Shown here: positions 19,278-27,893 of the stretch, one piece after another
How the letters are laid out: every line of letters starts with the position of its first letter
Position numbering within the stretch: the stretch's first letter is position 1
Assembly: GCA_903825575.1 (NCBI GenBank)
Contig: CAIKAW010000006.1
Coordinates: 34,168 to 98,167, forward strand
Reading direction: 5' to 3'
DNA: 64,000 nucleotides
From: an uncultured bacterium
GTDB lineage: Bacteria; Actinomycetota; Actinomycetes; S36-B12; CAIKAW01
The notes under the pieces: model-generated
What the model saw: only the letters and a program-made list of their open reading frames with translations
Told to the model about the DNA's origin: nothing
Database searches by the model: none
Made by a program: the position numbers and the translations under genes

Positions 19278-21011
19278 GTGTTGCTCCGATTGCTTGGGCC
19301 AAGACTTCGGCCTTACCGAGGGACCGTCGTCGTGATTGTTTCTCTGCTGCTGCTCCAAGCGATCGGGAACCTCTACCTGCCGACGCTTAACGCAGACCTG
19401 ATAAACAACGGTGTTATCCGCAGCGACCTGGCCTATGTTTGGCGTGCGGGACAGCAAATGCTGCTGGTTGTTATAGCTATTGCGGTTGTCTCATTCGCCG
19501 GAGTCTGGCTCTCCTCACGCGTTGCGATGGCGGTGGGACGGGATTTGCGTAAGGAGGTTTTCGACTCCGTACTCGATTTTGCAGAAGACGAATTCGCCAA
19601 TTTCGGTAGCGCTTCGTTGATCACCCGCAACACGAACGACGTCCAACAGATTCTCAATTTCGTACAGGTTGCCCTAACCGTCATGGTGCTTGCGCCGATC
19701 CAAGCAATTGGTGGGATCTTCATGGCGATGCGCCAAGATTTGCGACTCTCGACTCTATTGGCCGTGGCGGTCCCACTATTGGCCGTAGTAATTGGCGTTG
19801 TTATGGCGCGAGCGGTGCCACTGTTTCGAACACTCCAGGTCAGGATTGATGCAGTCAATCGGGTCCTGCGAGAGCAGATTACGGGTATTCGAGTCATCCG
19901 AGCTTTCGCGCGGGAAGACTTCGAGACGCAGCGCTTCGAGAAGGTCAATCGAGATTTGACGAGCAATGCCCTCGGGGTGAATCGACTGTTTGTCGTTGCG
20001 ATGCCGGCCATGATGCTGATTCTCAACATCTCGACGGTGTCTGTGATCTGGTTCGGTGGGCACCTCGTTGAGCGAGGTCAATTGCAGATTGGAACCCTCT
20101 CCGCCTTCCTCAGTTACATCATGCAGATTCTGGTATCTGTGCTGATGGCTGTAATGGTCATCATTCTCGTCCCGCGTGCGAGTGCTAGTGCAGAGCGGAT
20201 TGCGGCGGTCCTGGCCGTAGTCCCGAGCATCAGTGACCCCGTCAACGCTGTGGTTCCTGGGCAACCGAGAGGAGGGGTGGAATTCCGGTCGGTCTCGTAC
20301 AGGTATCCGGGTGCGGCAGACGCTGTGGTTGCCGACATTTCATTGCTGATTGAAGCCGGATGTTTTACGGCGATAGTCGGGTCAACCGGATCCGGGAAGA
20401 CGACCCTGCTGAACTTGATTCCGCGGCTGACTGATGCTTCGACTGGTTTGGTGCTAGTGGACGGGATTGACGTCCGCCAACAAGGACGCAATGCCTTGTG
20501 GTTCGGGATTGGTCTGGTGCCACAGCGGCCGTACCTATTTGCCGGCACCGTAGCCGACAACGTACGGCTAGGCGCCGACTCGGCTTCCGACGAAGATGTT
20601 TGGTGGGCTCTGGAGGTGGCTCAGGCGCGGGATTTTGTGGTTGAACTCCCTGGCCAACTTCAGGCCAACGTCTCCCAAGGTGGGGGTAACTTTTCCGGCG
20701 GCCAGCGCCAGCGGCTAGCCATCGCCAGAGCGGTCGTTCGTCGACCGCGGCTATACCTGTTCGACGATAGTTTCGCTTCGTTAGATGCCCAAACCGATGC
20801 GAATTTGCGCGCTGCGTTGCTTCGGGAATTATCGGGTTCGACAGTTGTCGTAGTGGCTCAGCGAATCAGCACCATCCTTGATGCCGACCGAATTGTCGTA
20901 CTTGAGGCGGGTCGGGTAGTTGGGGTTGGAACGCACGGTGAGTTGCTCGAGTTGTCGGCGGTTTATCAGGAGATTGTTGTCTCACAACTGGGTCCGGTGG
21001 CAAGGTCATGA
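19278..21011 (+). CDS. ABC exporter, fused permease/ATPase (half-transporter 1)
   Basis: 577 aa. Six-TM exporter domain, Walker A GSTGSGKTT, signature FSGGQRQRLAIARA and Walker B LYLFDDSFASLD. Confidence 0.9.
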   Translation: MLLRLLGPRLRPYRGTVVVIVSLLLLQAIGNLYLPTLNADLINNGVIRSDLAYVWRAGQQMLLVVIAIAVVSFAGVWLSSRVAMAVGRDLRKEVFDSVLDFAEDEFANFGSASLITRNTNDVQQILNFVQVALTVMVLAPIQAIGGIFMAMRQDLRLSTLLAVAVPLLAVVIGVVMARAVPLFRTLQVRIDAVNRVLREQITGIRVIRAFAREDFETQRFEKVNRDLTSNALGVNRLFVVAMPAMMLILNISTVSVIWFGGHLVERGQLQIGTLSAFLSYIMQILVSVLMAVMVIILVPRASASAERIAAVLAVVPSISDPVNAVVPGQPRGGVEFRSVSYRYPGAADAVVADISLLIEAGCFTAIVGSTGSGKTTLLNLIPRLTDASTGLVLVDGIDVRQQGRNALWFGIGLVPQRPYLFAGTVADNVRLGADSASDEDVWWALEVAQARDFVVELPGQLQANVSQGGGNFSGGQRQRLAIARAVVRRPRLYLFDDSFASLDAQTDANLRAALLRELSGSTVVVVAQRISTILDADRIVVLEAGRVVGVGTHGELLELSAVYQEIVVSQLGPVARS

Positions 21012-22975
21012 GCGGGTTCGGCGGAGGGCAACGGGGTCCTGGACCTGGTGGTCGTGGGCCGATGGGTGGAGGCCCAATGGGCCCTCCGGGAGCCGCTACC
21101 GCACCAAGGCTGGTCTTGCGCCAACTCCTTGGAAACCTCAAGGTGGAGCGACCGGTAATGCTGGCGGCGCTCGCCTTGAATGCCGTTGGGGTGCTCTTGA
21201 CCATCAGCGGACCGCGGTTGCTCGGCCACGCGACCAATATCGTCTTTGAGGGAATCGTCGGCAAGCGGTTGCCGACCGGTATGTCTAAGAGTCAGGTGCT
21301 TGCACACCTGAGGGCTACCGGTCAGGGAAGACTTGCTGATCTGCTTGGCCCGATGAACGTGATACCGGGCGCAGGGGTGAATTGGTCGGCATTCCGTACG
21401 TCGATTGTCGTGGTGTTAGCTGCCTACTTGCTCGGCTCGGTCTTCAGTTGGGCGCAGGGCTACTTGTTGGCCGGGGTCGCACAACGCACCGTCGCCAAAC
21501 TTCGAACCGATGTGGAGACAAAGATTCATCGAGTGCCGCTGTCCTACCTCGACAGTCAAGAGCGCGGCGAACTGCTCTCCCGCGTTACCAACGACATCGA
21601 CAACATTGGCACCACCTTGCAGCAGGGGATGGGGCAACTGCTCAATTCAGTCCTGACAATCATTGGCGTCATCGGGCTGATGTTCTGGATCAGTCCGCTA
21701 CTAGCCGCTATTTCCTTGCTAGTGCTGCCGGCTTCGGGATTGGTCACTTGGTTGATCGCGCGGCGGTCGCAGCGCGAGTTCTCTGACCAATGGGCGAGAA
21801 CCGGTCGACTCAACGCCCACGTCGAAGGCGTTCACAGCGGGCATACGATCATTCAAGTTTTCGGGGCAACGCAACACGCCAAAGCCGCCTTCGACGAGCA
21901 AAACCAGGCCCTGTACCACGCGAGTTTCCGTGCCCAAGTGCTTTCCGGGATTGTCCAACCGGCGATGGGTTTCATTGGCTACCTGCACTTCGTCGCCATC
22001 GCCGTCATTGGCGGTTATCGCGTCGCGGCCGGTGGCCTGCTCTTAGGTGACCTTCAAGCTTTCATCCAGTATTCGAGGACGTTCACCATGCCGATCACTC
22101 AGATCGCGTCGCAACTAAACCTGCTGCAATCTGGTCTGGCTTCGGCGGAGCGAGTCTTTGACCTACTGGATGCACCAGAAGAAGTGGAGTTGGAAGGGGC
22201 ACCTGAAATCGAGCTGTCTAACCTTGGCCAGATCTCATTCGACGGTGTGGACTTCGCGTATCGGGAAGCCGAGCCGGTCATCACCGGACTAGATCTGGTG
22301 ATTGAGCGAGGCCAAACGATCGCCATCGTTGGGCCGACGGGAGCCGGTAAGACGACACTCGTCAATTTGCTGCTGCGCTTCTATGACGTCTCGGCCGGAT
22401 CGATTCGGATCGATGGAATAGACATCAGGACTCTTCCGCGCAAGCAATTGCGACAGATTTACGCCATGGTGCTGCAGGAAACTTGGCTATTTGCTGGAAC
22501 CATCCGGGAGAACGTTGCCTATGGGCGGCTCGGAGCGAGCGATGCGGAGATATTGGACGCGTGCAGAGCCGCCCGGGTCGATCGCTTTGTCCGAACCCTT
22601 CCAGCTGGCCTAGACACCGTAATAGACGAGTCGGCCGAGAACATCTCATCCGGCGAGAAGCAACTAATCACGATTGCTCGGGCTTTCCTTGCAGACCCCA
22701 GCGTTCTGATCCTGGACGAAGCGACCAGCAATGTTGATACCCGAACCGAAGTGGTGATTCAGGAGGCAATGTCGCAGTTAAGGCATGGCCGGACAAGTTT
22801 CGTGATTGCCCACCGACTCTCGACGATCAGAGGTGCGGACCTGATCGTTGTGCTTGACCACGGCCGGGTTGTGGAGGCCGGTCGCCACGAAGAGCTTCTC
22901 TTGGCCGAGGGGGCATACCACCGCTTGTACGCCCGTCAATTCAGTGGCAGCCGAGATTCAGCCGACTGGCTGTAA
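21008..22975 (+). CDS. ABC exporter, fused permease/ATPase (half-transporter 2) with a Gly/Pro-rich N-terminal extension
   Basis: 655 aa. Walker A GPTGAGKTT, signature SSGEKQLITIARA and Walker B ILDEATSNVD. ATGA overlap with the upstream gene. N-terminus is MSGFGGGQRGPGPGGRGPMGGGPMGPPGAATAP. Confidence 0.9.
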   Translation: MSGFGGGQRGPGPGGRGPMGGGPMGPPGAATAPRLVLRQLLGNLKVERPVMLAALALNAVGVLLTISGPRLLGHATNIVFEGIVGKRLPTGMSKSQVLAHLRATGQGRLADLLGPMNVIPGAGVNWSAFRTSIVVVLAAYLLGSVFSWAQGYLLAGVAQRTVAKLRTDVETKIHRVPLSYLDSQERGELLSRVTNDIDNIGTTLQQGMGQLLNSVLTIIGVIGLMFWISPLLAAISLLVLPASGLVTWLIARRSQREFSDQWARTGRLNAHVEGVHSGHTIIQVFGATQHAKAAFDEQNQALYHASFRAQVLSGIVQPAMGFIGYLHFVAIAVIGGYRVAAGGLLLGDLQAFIQYSRTFTMPITQIASQLNLLQSGLASAERVFDLLDAPEEVELEGAPEIELSNLGQISFDGVDFAYREAEPVITGLDLVIERGQTIAIVGPTGAGKTTLVNLLLRFYDVSAGSIRIDGIDIRTLPRKQLRQIYAMVLQETWLFAGTIRENVAYGRLGASDAEILDACRAARVDRFVRTLPAGLDTVIDESAENISSGEKQLITIARAFLADPSVLILDEATSNVDTRTEVVIQEAMSQLRHGRTSFVIAHRLSTIRGADLIVVLDHGRVVEAGRHEELLLAEGAYHRLYARQFSGSRDSADWL

Positions 22976-23093
22976 GAGTCACCCAGACGGCTGAATATCT
23001 CTGGTGGGGACCATGACTCGGGGTTTACCGCCCCTTAACGCCGGCCGATCTAACCTTCGTATTGACAGTTTCCAACTAGCTGGGGGTTCCAAA

Positions 23094-23954
23094 GTGACAT
23101 CATTCGTTCGCCGGGCGGCCATTGCCGCCGTAACCACGACTGCCGTGGTGGCGCTAGGGATGGCTGCTCCAGCCGTCGCTTCTGCTTCCACCGGCCATTC
23201 GGCCATCCACAAGATTGCCGCCCACCACGCTCCGGTCGCCCTTACCGCTGACCAGCAGACATTGGTTAGCGCCTTGGCGGCTGACAAAGCTGCAGCGAAG
23301 ACCGCGATCAAGGCTGCAAAGCAAGCTTTCAACGCAGATGCCGCAGTGGTGGCTGCTAAGGCCGCCCGCGACGCGGCATTTGCAGCAGCCGTCAGCCAGT
23401 CGGACTTCCTGACCGCATTGCAGGCGTACGACGCTGCCACCTCCGCTGCGGCAGCCACCCGTGACGCCGCAATCCAGGCAGCCAAGGACGCCCAGTGGGC
23501 GGCCGATGACGCTGCTTTCGTGGTCTACGACACCGCGACCACACCGGCTACCCAAGCCGATCGTGAGACGTACAGGCAGGCCGTGCACGCGGCTGACCTA
23601 GCCAAAGCTGTAGCTAACGCCGCCGCCAAGGCCACCTTCCGGACCAACACGCTGGGCGCAAAAGCTCAGTTGCTGGCCGACATGAAGGCCGCAGCCGGCG
23701 ATGACACAGCAATGGATGCAGCTGAGGCTGCTTTCCGCACCGCCACCGCAGCCGACCGCGCCACGCTGAAGGCAGCGTTGGCCGCCGACTGTGCGACCGC
23801 CAAGGCTGCTAAGGACGCTGCCGTTGCGGCGTACGAGGCCAGCACCGGCGAAACCTCGGCCCCGACGTACCCGTTCCTGCGTCATGGGCATGGGCATGGG
23901 CATGGCCATGGCCATGGGCACGGTCATGGTCACGGTCACGGTCACGGTCACTGA
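23094..23954 (+). CDS. Secreted alanine-rich protein with a C-terminal (His-Gly)n tail
   Basis: GTG at 23094 is preceded by ctggggg and gives a Sec-type signal, VTSFVRRAAIAAVTTTAVVALGMAAPAVA|SAS. The track start at 23004 is an alternative. The body is Ala/Lys/Asp-rich and predicted helical. It ends RHGHGHGHGHGHGHGHGHGHGHGH. Confidence 0.7.
   Translation: MTSFVRRAAIAAVTTTAVVALGMAAPAVASASTGHSAIHKIAAHHAPVALTADQQTLVSALAADKAAAKTAIKAAKQAFNADAAVVAAKAARDAAFAAAVSQSDFLTALQAYDAATSAAAATRDAAIQAAKDAQWAADDAAFVVYDTATTPATQADRETYRQAVHAADLAKAVANAAAKATFRTNTLGAKAQLLADMKAAAGDDTAMDAAEAAFRTATAADRATLKAALAADCATAKAAKDAAVAAYEASTGETSAPTYPFLRHGHGHGHGHGHGHGHGHGHGHGH
23883..23951 (+). repeat. Coding dipeptide repeat: 23 residues of alternating His-Gly (12 His, 11 Gly)
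   Basis: cat ggg cat ggg cat ggg cat ggc cat ggc cat ggg cac ggt cat ggt cac ggt cac ggt cac ggt cac, followed by TGA. Synonymous codons vary along the repeat. Confidence 0.95.
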
Positions 23955-23966
23955 GATATAGCAAGG

Positions 23967-23998
23967 CAAGGGCCCCAGCCGTTCGGCTGGGGCCCTTG
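23967..23998. terminator. Putative bidirectional intrinsic terminator hairpin (14-bp perfect stem, GTTC loop)
   Basis: caagggccccagcc-gttc-ggctggggcccttg lies between convergent genes ending at 23954 (+) and 24058 (-). There is no clear U-tract on either side. Confidence 0.65.
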
Positions 23999-24057
23999 CG
24001 TATTGGCTTGTCCCGGAGCCTATTCCGCCGGGTCAGGCCTGAGTCGTAGGCGCGAAG

Positions 24058-24276
24058 TCAGCGCACAGTTTCGGGGTCGTTGAGCAGGCGGTCCGATTCA
24101 TCGACGATGTCGGCGGCAATCCCGGCCAGCGCATCTGCATGCTCACGAGCGTGGTGAGCGCAGAAAAGCAGTTCGCCGCCCGAGGTCAACTTGACCAGGA
24201 CATAGGCCTGCGCGCCACAGCGGTCGCAGCGATCAGCGGCCGTAAGTGGCGTCGTAGGCGTCAACGTCGAGGTCAT
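24058..24276 (-). CDS. Small conserved actinobacterial zinc-ribbon-like protein (DUF7455-like)
   Basis: 72 aa from the ATG preceded by GGAGGGG; the track TTG start at 24288 is less likely. Contains CDRCGAQAY...FCAHHAREH. Divergent from the topoisomerase subunit B gene. Confidence 0.65.
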   Translation of the reverse strand: MTSTLTPTTPLTAADRCDRCGAQAYVLVKLTSGGELLFCAHHAREHADALAGIAADIVDESDRLLNDPETVR

Positions 24277-24542
24277 TTGCCCCTCCAAAGTAGGTATCCG
24301 TACAACATCCTTGCACCTGCTGGTTGTTCCCGATCCCAGATTTGGCTTTGGTTCGCTCTTGGCGCAGCAATTGGTGGGCTGAGCCTATGCATTTGGCGTC
24401 TGGAGTAGGGGTTGTGCTGTCGGCGTGTCGCAGGGCGCGCCGTGAACTCGCGCAGTGGGGGCGGACAACTAGGCTCACTCATAAGCCGATCGCCCCAGCA
24501 CCGGCGGCGCGAAATGGATTCAGGTCCCCCTAGGAGCAAAGC

Positions 24543-26645
24543 TTGGCTAGCCGCCGCGAGAGTTCCGAGAACCGCCCGCCAGCTGGCGCTGGTGGTTTAT
24601 CGGGTGCATACACGGCCAAGCAATTGGCCGTACTTGAAGGTCTGGATGCGGTTCGTAAGCGCCCGGGCATGTACATCGGATCTACCGACAGCCGAGGTTT
24701 GATGCACTGCGTTTGGGAGATCATCGACAACGCGGTCGATGAAGCCCTGGCGGGTCATTGCACCCGAATCATCGTTGTACTGCACCCCGACCGGTCCGTC
24801 GAGGTGCAAGACAACGGCCGGGGCATTCCCGTCGATATTGAGCCAAAGACCAAGCTAACCGGGGTCGAAGTCGTGCTAACCAAGTTGCACGCTGGCGGCA
24901 AGTTTGGAGGTGGCTCCTACGCGGCTTCCGGGGGACTGCACGGGGTGGGTGCCAGTGTCGTCAACGCCTTGTCTGAGCGCTTAGACGTGGAGGTTGATCG
25001 CGACGGGAAGATCTATGCGATGTCTTTTCGCCGCGGTGTGCCCGGGGTCTTTGAAGAGCCCACGCCTGATTCGGCTTTCTCCAAGGCTGGCGGCTTGCGG
25101 GTGGTCGGCAAGGTCATCCGGAAGAACACTGGTACCAGGGTTCGTTTTTGGCCGGATCGGCAATTGTTCACGTCGGATGCCGAGGTGTCCTACGAGGACC
25201 TTTCGGCGCGGGCTCGACAGACTTCGTACCTCGTGCCTGGCTTGATCCTCGAGCTTCGCGACGAGCGCTCTGGACCGGTCGAGCCGGAGGTTTTTGAGCA
25301 TCGGGGTGGAATTGGTGAATTCGTCGATTTCATGTGTGTCGACGAAGCCGTAACTAGCACGATTCGCCTGCGCGGGGTAGGGCACTTCAAAGAAACGGTG
25401 CCCGTGCTCGACGGCAAGGGACATCTGACCTCGCAAGAAGTTGAACGCGAACTGGCGGTGGATATAGCACTGCGCTGGGGTGTTGGATACGACACCGACG
25501 TTCGGTCCTTCGTGAACATCATTGCAACACCTAAGGGCGGCACACACCTAGTTGGATTTGAAAGAGCGCTCGTCAAGGTGCTCAATGACGGACTTCGGGC
25601 AGCCAAGGTGCTTCGTGCGGGGGAAGACAACGTCGCCAAAGAAGATGCTATGGAAGGTCTGGCCGCGGTTGTCACTGTGCGCCTGCCGGAACCGCAGTTT
25701 GAAGGACAGACCAAGGAAGTTCTCGGCACTCCGGCCGCGGCGCGGATCGTGGCGCATGTGGTCACAAAAGAGTTGACTGCCTATCTCGAATCCCCTCCCC
25801 GTGGCGAGAAGGTTTCGGCCCGTGCCTTACTGGACAAAGTGGCCAACGCGTCGCGCACTCGGCTGGCCGCGCGTGCTCACCGTGATGTTCAGCGACGCAA
25901 AACGGCGCTGGAATCATCGGCGTTGCCGACCAAACTCAAGGACTGCCGAAGCGACGAAACCGAACGCTGCGAGTTATTCATTGTTGAGGGCGATAGCGCC
26001 CTTGGTACCGCCAAGAACGCTCGAAATTCGGAGTTCCAGGCGATCTTGCCAATTCGCGGAAAGATCCTGAACGTTCAGAAGGCCTCGATCGCCGACATGC
26101 TTAAGAACACAGAGTGTGCCTCGATCATTCAGGTGATCGGGGCCGGTTCTGGCCGCTCATTTGACCTTACCCAAGCCCGTTACGGCAAGATCATTCTGAT
26201 GTCCGACGCAGACGTTGACGGTGCGCATATTCGTTGCCTGCTGCTTACGCTGGTTCACCGTTACTTGCGGCCGCTTCTAGACGACGGGCGGATCTACGCG
26301 GCGGTTCCACCGTTGCACCGGGTTGAGACAACTGGCGGGAAGGCCGCCGAGATTCGGTACACGTACTCCGACGCAGAGTTGCGCAAGTTGCTCGCCGAGT
26401 TAGACAAGGCGGGGCGACGTTACAAGGAGCCGCAGCGGTACAAGGGCCTGGGCGAGATGGATGCTGACCAGTTGCGGGACACGACCATGTCGCCGAGTTC
26501 GCGAACCCTGCGCCGGATCACGATGGCTGACGCGGAAGCTGCCGAATCCGTGTTCGAACTACTGATGGGGAGCGACGTGCCTCCGCGCAAGGAGTTCATC
26601 GTTGCGGGGGCGCTTGGGCTGACCAGGGACCGGATTGACGCCTGA
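24543..26645 (+). CDS. parE: Type IIA DNA topoisomerase subunit B (topoisomerase IV ParE-like)
   Basis: 700 aa. TTG start with AGGAG 6 nt upstream. GHKL ATPase motifs (VRKRPGMYIGST, EIIDNAVDE, GGLHGVGASVVNALS). Toprim motifs (ELFIVEGDSA, ILMSDADVDGAHI). Not adjacent to its A subunit. Confidence 0.9.
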   Translation: MASRRESSENRPPAGAGGLSGAYTAKQLAVLEGLDAVRKRPGMYIGSTDSRGLMHCVWEIIDNAVDEALAGHCTRIIVVLHPDRSVEVQDNGRGIPVDIEPKTKLTGVEVVLTKLHAGGKFGGGSYAASGGLHGVGASVVNALSERLDVEVDRDGKIYAMSFRRGVPGVFEEPTPDSAFSKAGGLRVVGKVIRKNTGTRVRFWPDRQLFTSDAEVSYEDLSARARQTSYLVPGLILELRDERSGPVEPEVFEHRGGIGEFVDFMCVDEAVTSTIRLRGVGHFKETVPVLDGKGHLTSQEVERELAVDIALRWGVGYDTDVRSFVNIIATPKGGTHLVGFERALVKVLNDGLRAAKVLRAGEDNVAKEDAMEGLAAVVTVRLPEPQFEGQTKEVLGTPAAARIVAHVVTKELTAYLESPPRGEKVSARALLDKVANASRTRLAARAHRDVQRRKTALESSALPTKLKDCRSDETERCELFIVEGDSALGTAKNARNSEFQAILPIRGKILNVQKASIADMLKNTECASIIQVIGAGSGRSFDLTQARYGKIILMSDADVDGAHIRCLLLTLVHRYLRPLLDDGRIYAAVPPLHRVETTGGKAAEIRYTYSDAELRKLLAELDKAGRRYKEPQRYKGLGEMDADQLRDTTMSPSSRTLRRITMADAEAAESVFELLMGSDVPPRKEFIVAGALGLTRDRIDA

Positions 26646-26661
26646 GAAGTAGACTGCCAGC

Positions 26662-27789
26662 GTGGCTGATCAACTTGCCCCCGAATGGGACCTTGAGCGC
26701 ACCCGATTGGCGCTTGCGGGTACTCGGCTTGGGCTCTGGGAATGGAATATGGAAACCGGCGCGGCCGTCTACGACGAACGCTGGGCCCAGATTGTCGGGC
26801 TTGAATTAGTCGACCTGCCGCCAGCCACGATCCAGACTTGGCGCCTACTGGCTCATCCTGAGGATTTGCGAGTTGCAGAATTCGAGATGCAGCGCCATGC
26901 CAAGGCCGAGACCGACCGATATGAGGCCGATATCCGCCTGCGTCATGCCGACGGCAGTTGGATTTGGGTGCGGGACCGTGGCTTGGTCGTTGAGCGAGCA
27001 GCAAATGGCCAAGCGGTCAGGATGGTCGGAACCCACGAGGACATAACCGAAAGCGTTCTGGCGCATCAGGAGCTAGTGGCATCCGAACGTCGCTTCGCCT
27101 CGATGTTCTACGACCACGAGGCCGTAATGCTTCTAGTAGACCCAGGCACCGGGCTGATTATCGACGCCAATCGGGCGGCTGCCAGTTTCTACGGCTATGA
27201 CCAGGACGAACTCCGGGAGATGTCGATCACCGCAATAAACATCTTGCCCCCAGATCAGGTTTCGACCCGCTACCACGAGGCATCTGCCCGCAAACGGGAG
27301 CATTTCGTGTTTCCGCACCGGCTCGCCGATGGAACCGTGCGCACGGTTGACGTGCACTCGTCGCCAATCGAGGAGCACGGAAGAGTCGTCCTGTTTTCGA
27401 TCATCTTGGATGTTACTGAAGATGAGCAGCACCAAGCCGAAACCCGGCAAGAATCGGTGGTATTCAAGAACATTCCCGACGCGGTTGCCGTAATCGGCCC
27501 AGACGGAACGGTCCTGCGTATCAACTCGGCCTTCTCGGCGATCTCTGGCTGGTCCGACACTCAGATTGTGGGCAGCGGCATCGAAGTATTTGTAGCCTCG
27601 GTTGACTTCGGCGTGGCGGAACTGGCCGCTATCGTCCGTGGCGGCAGCACCGTCAGGCAAGAACTGCAATTGCGATATGCCACCGGTGCCGTGACCACTC
27701 GTCGGGTCAGTTTTAGTCCCTTTGCCGGCCCGATGGGTGACCCGGCCGGTTGCATCATGTTGGTTACGCCCGCGACTGATCCGGAATAG
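26662..27789 (+). CDS. Stand-alone multi-PAS domain protein (no recognisable output domain)
   Basis: 375 aa with three PAS/PAC-like modules (LGLWEWNMETGAAVYDERW...; RRFASMFYDHEAVMLLVD...; FKNIPDAVAVIGPDGTVLRINSAF...). Starts 16 nt after the parE stop. Confidence 0.75.
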   Translation: MADQLAPEWDLERTRLALAGTRLGLWEWNMETGAAVYDERWAQIVGLELVDLPPATIQTWRLLAHPEDLRVAEFEMQRHAKAETDRYEADIRLRHADGSWIWVRDRGLVVERAANGQAVRMVGTHEDITESVLAHQELVASERRFASMFYDHEAVMLLVDPGTGLIIDANRAAASFYGYDQDELREMSITAINILPPDQVSTRYHEASARKREHFVFPHRLADGTVRTVDVHSSPIEEHGRVVLFSIILDVTEDEQHQAETRQESVVFKNIPDAVAVIGPDGTVLRINSAFSAISGWSDTQIVGSGIEVFVASVDFGVAELAAIVRGGSTVRQELQLRYATGAVTTRRVSFSPFAGPMGDPAGCIMLVTPATDPE

Positions 27790-27893
27790 GTCGAATATCA
27801 CAAGGCTCGGGACCAGGGTCCCTGCCCAGGGGCGGCTATGACCGGGCATTATCTGTTGCGGAGCGAACCTCAGATCGAAAATCAGGAGTTGCA

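Noticed and set aside
23883-23951. The (CATGGN)n tract as a slipped-strand phase-variation switch
   Set aside because: Repeat units are interrupted by synonymous changes, with at most three identical hexamers in a row. The unit length is a multiple of 3, so slippage would not switch the frame. It is better read as a conserved peptide repeat.
22979-23969. Minus-strand ORFs 22979..23485, 23154..23588 and 23598..23969
   Set aside because: They are antisense to the Ala-rich gene. GC-rich GCN-repeat coding sequence stays open in several frames. The plus-strand frame has a signal peptide, a Shine-Dalgarno sequence and a terminator, so it is preferred.
24277-24542. 266-bp intergenic region checked for a tRNA, riboswitch or small RNA
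   Set aside because: I could not see a cloverleaf-compatible acceptor/T-arm pattern or any riboswitch core I recognise. It most likely holds divergent promoters and the parE SD (AGGAG).
27817-27830. gggacc-ag-ggtccc palindrome after the PAS gene as an intrinsic terminator
   Set aside because: The loop is too small, leaving an effective stem of about 5 bp, and there is no U-tract. Support is too weak to list it as a feature.
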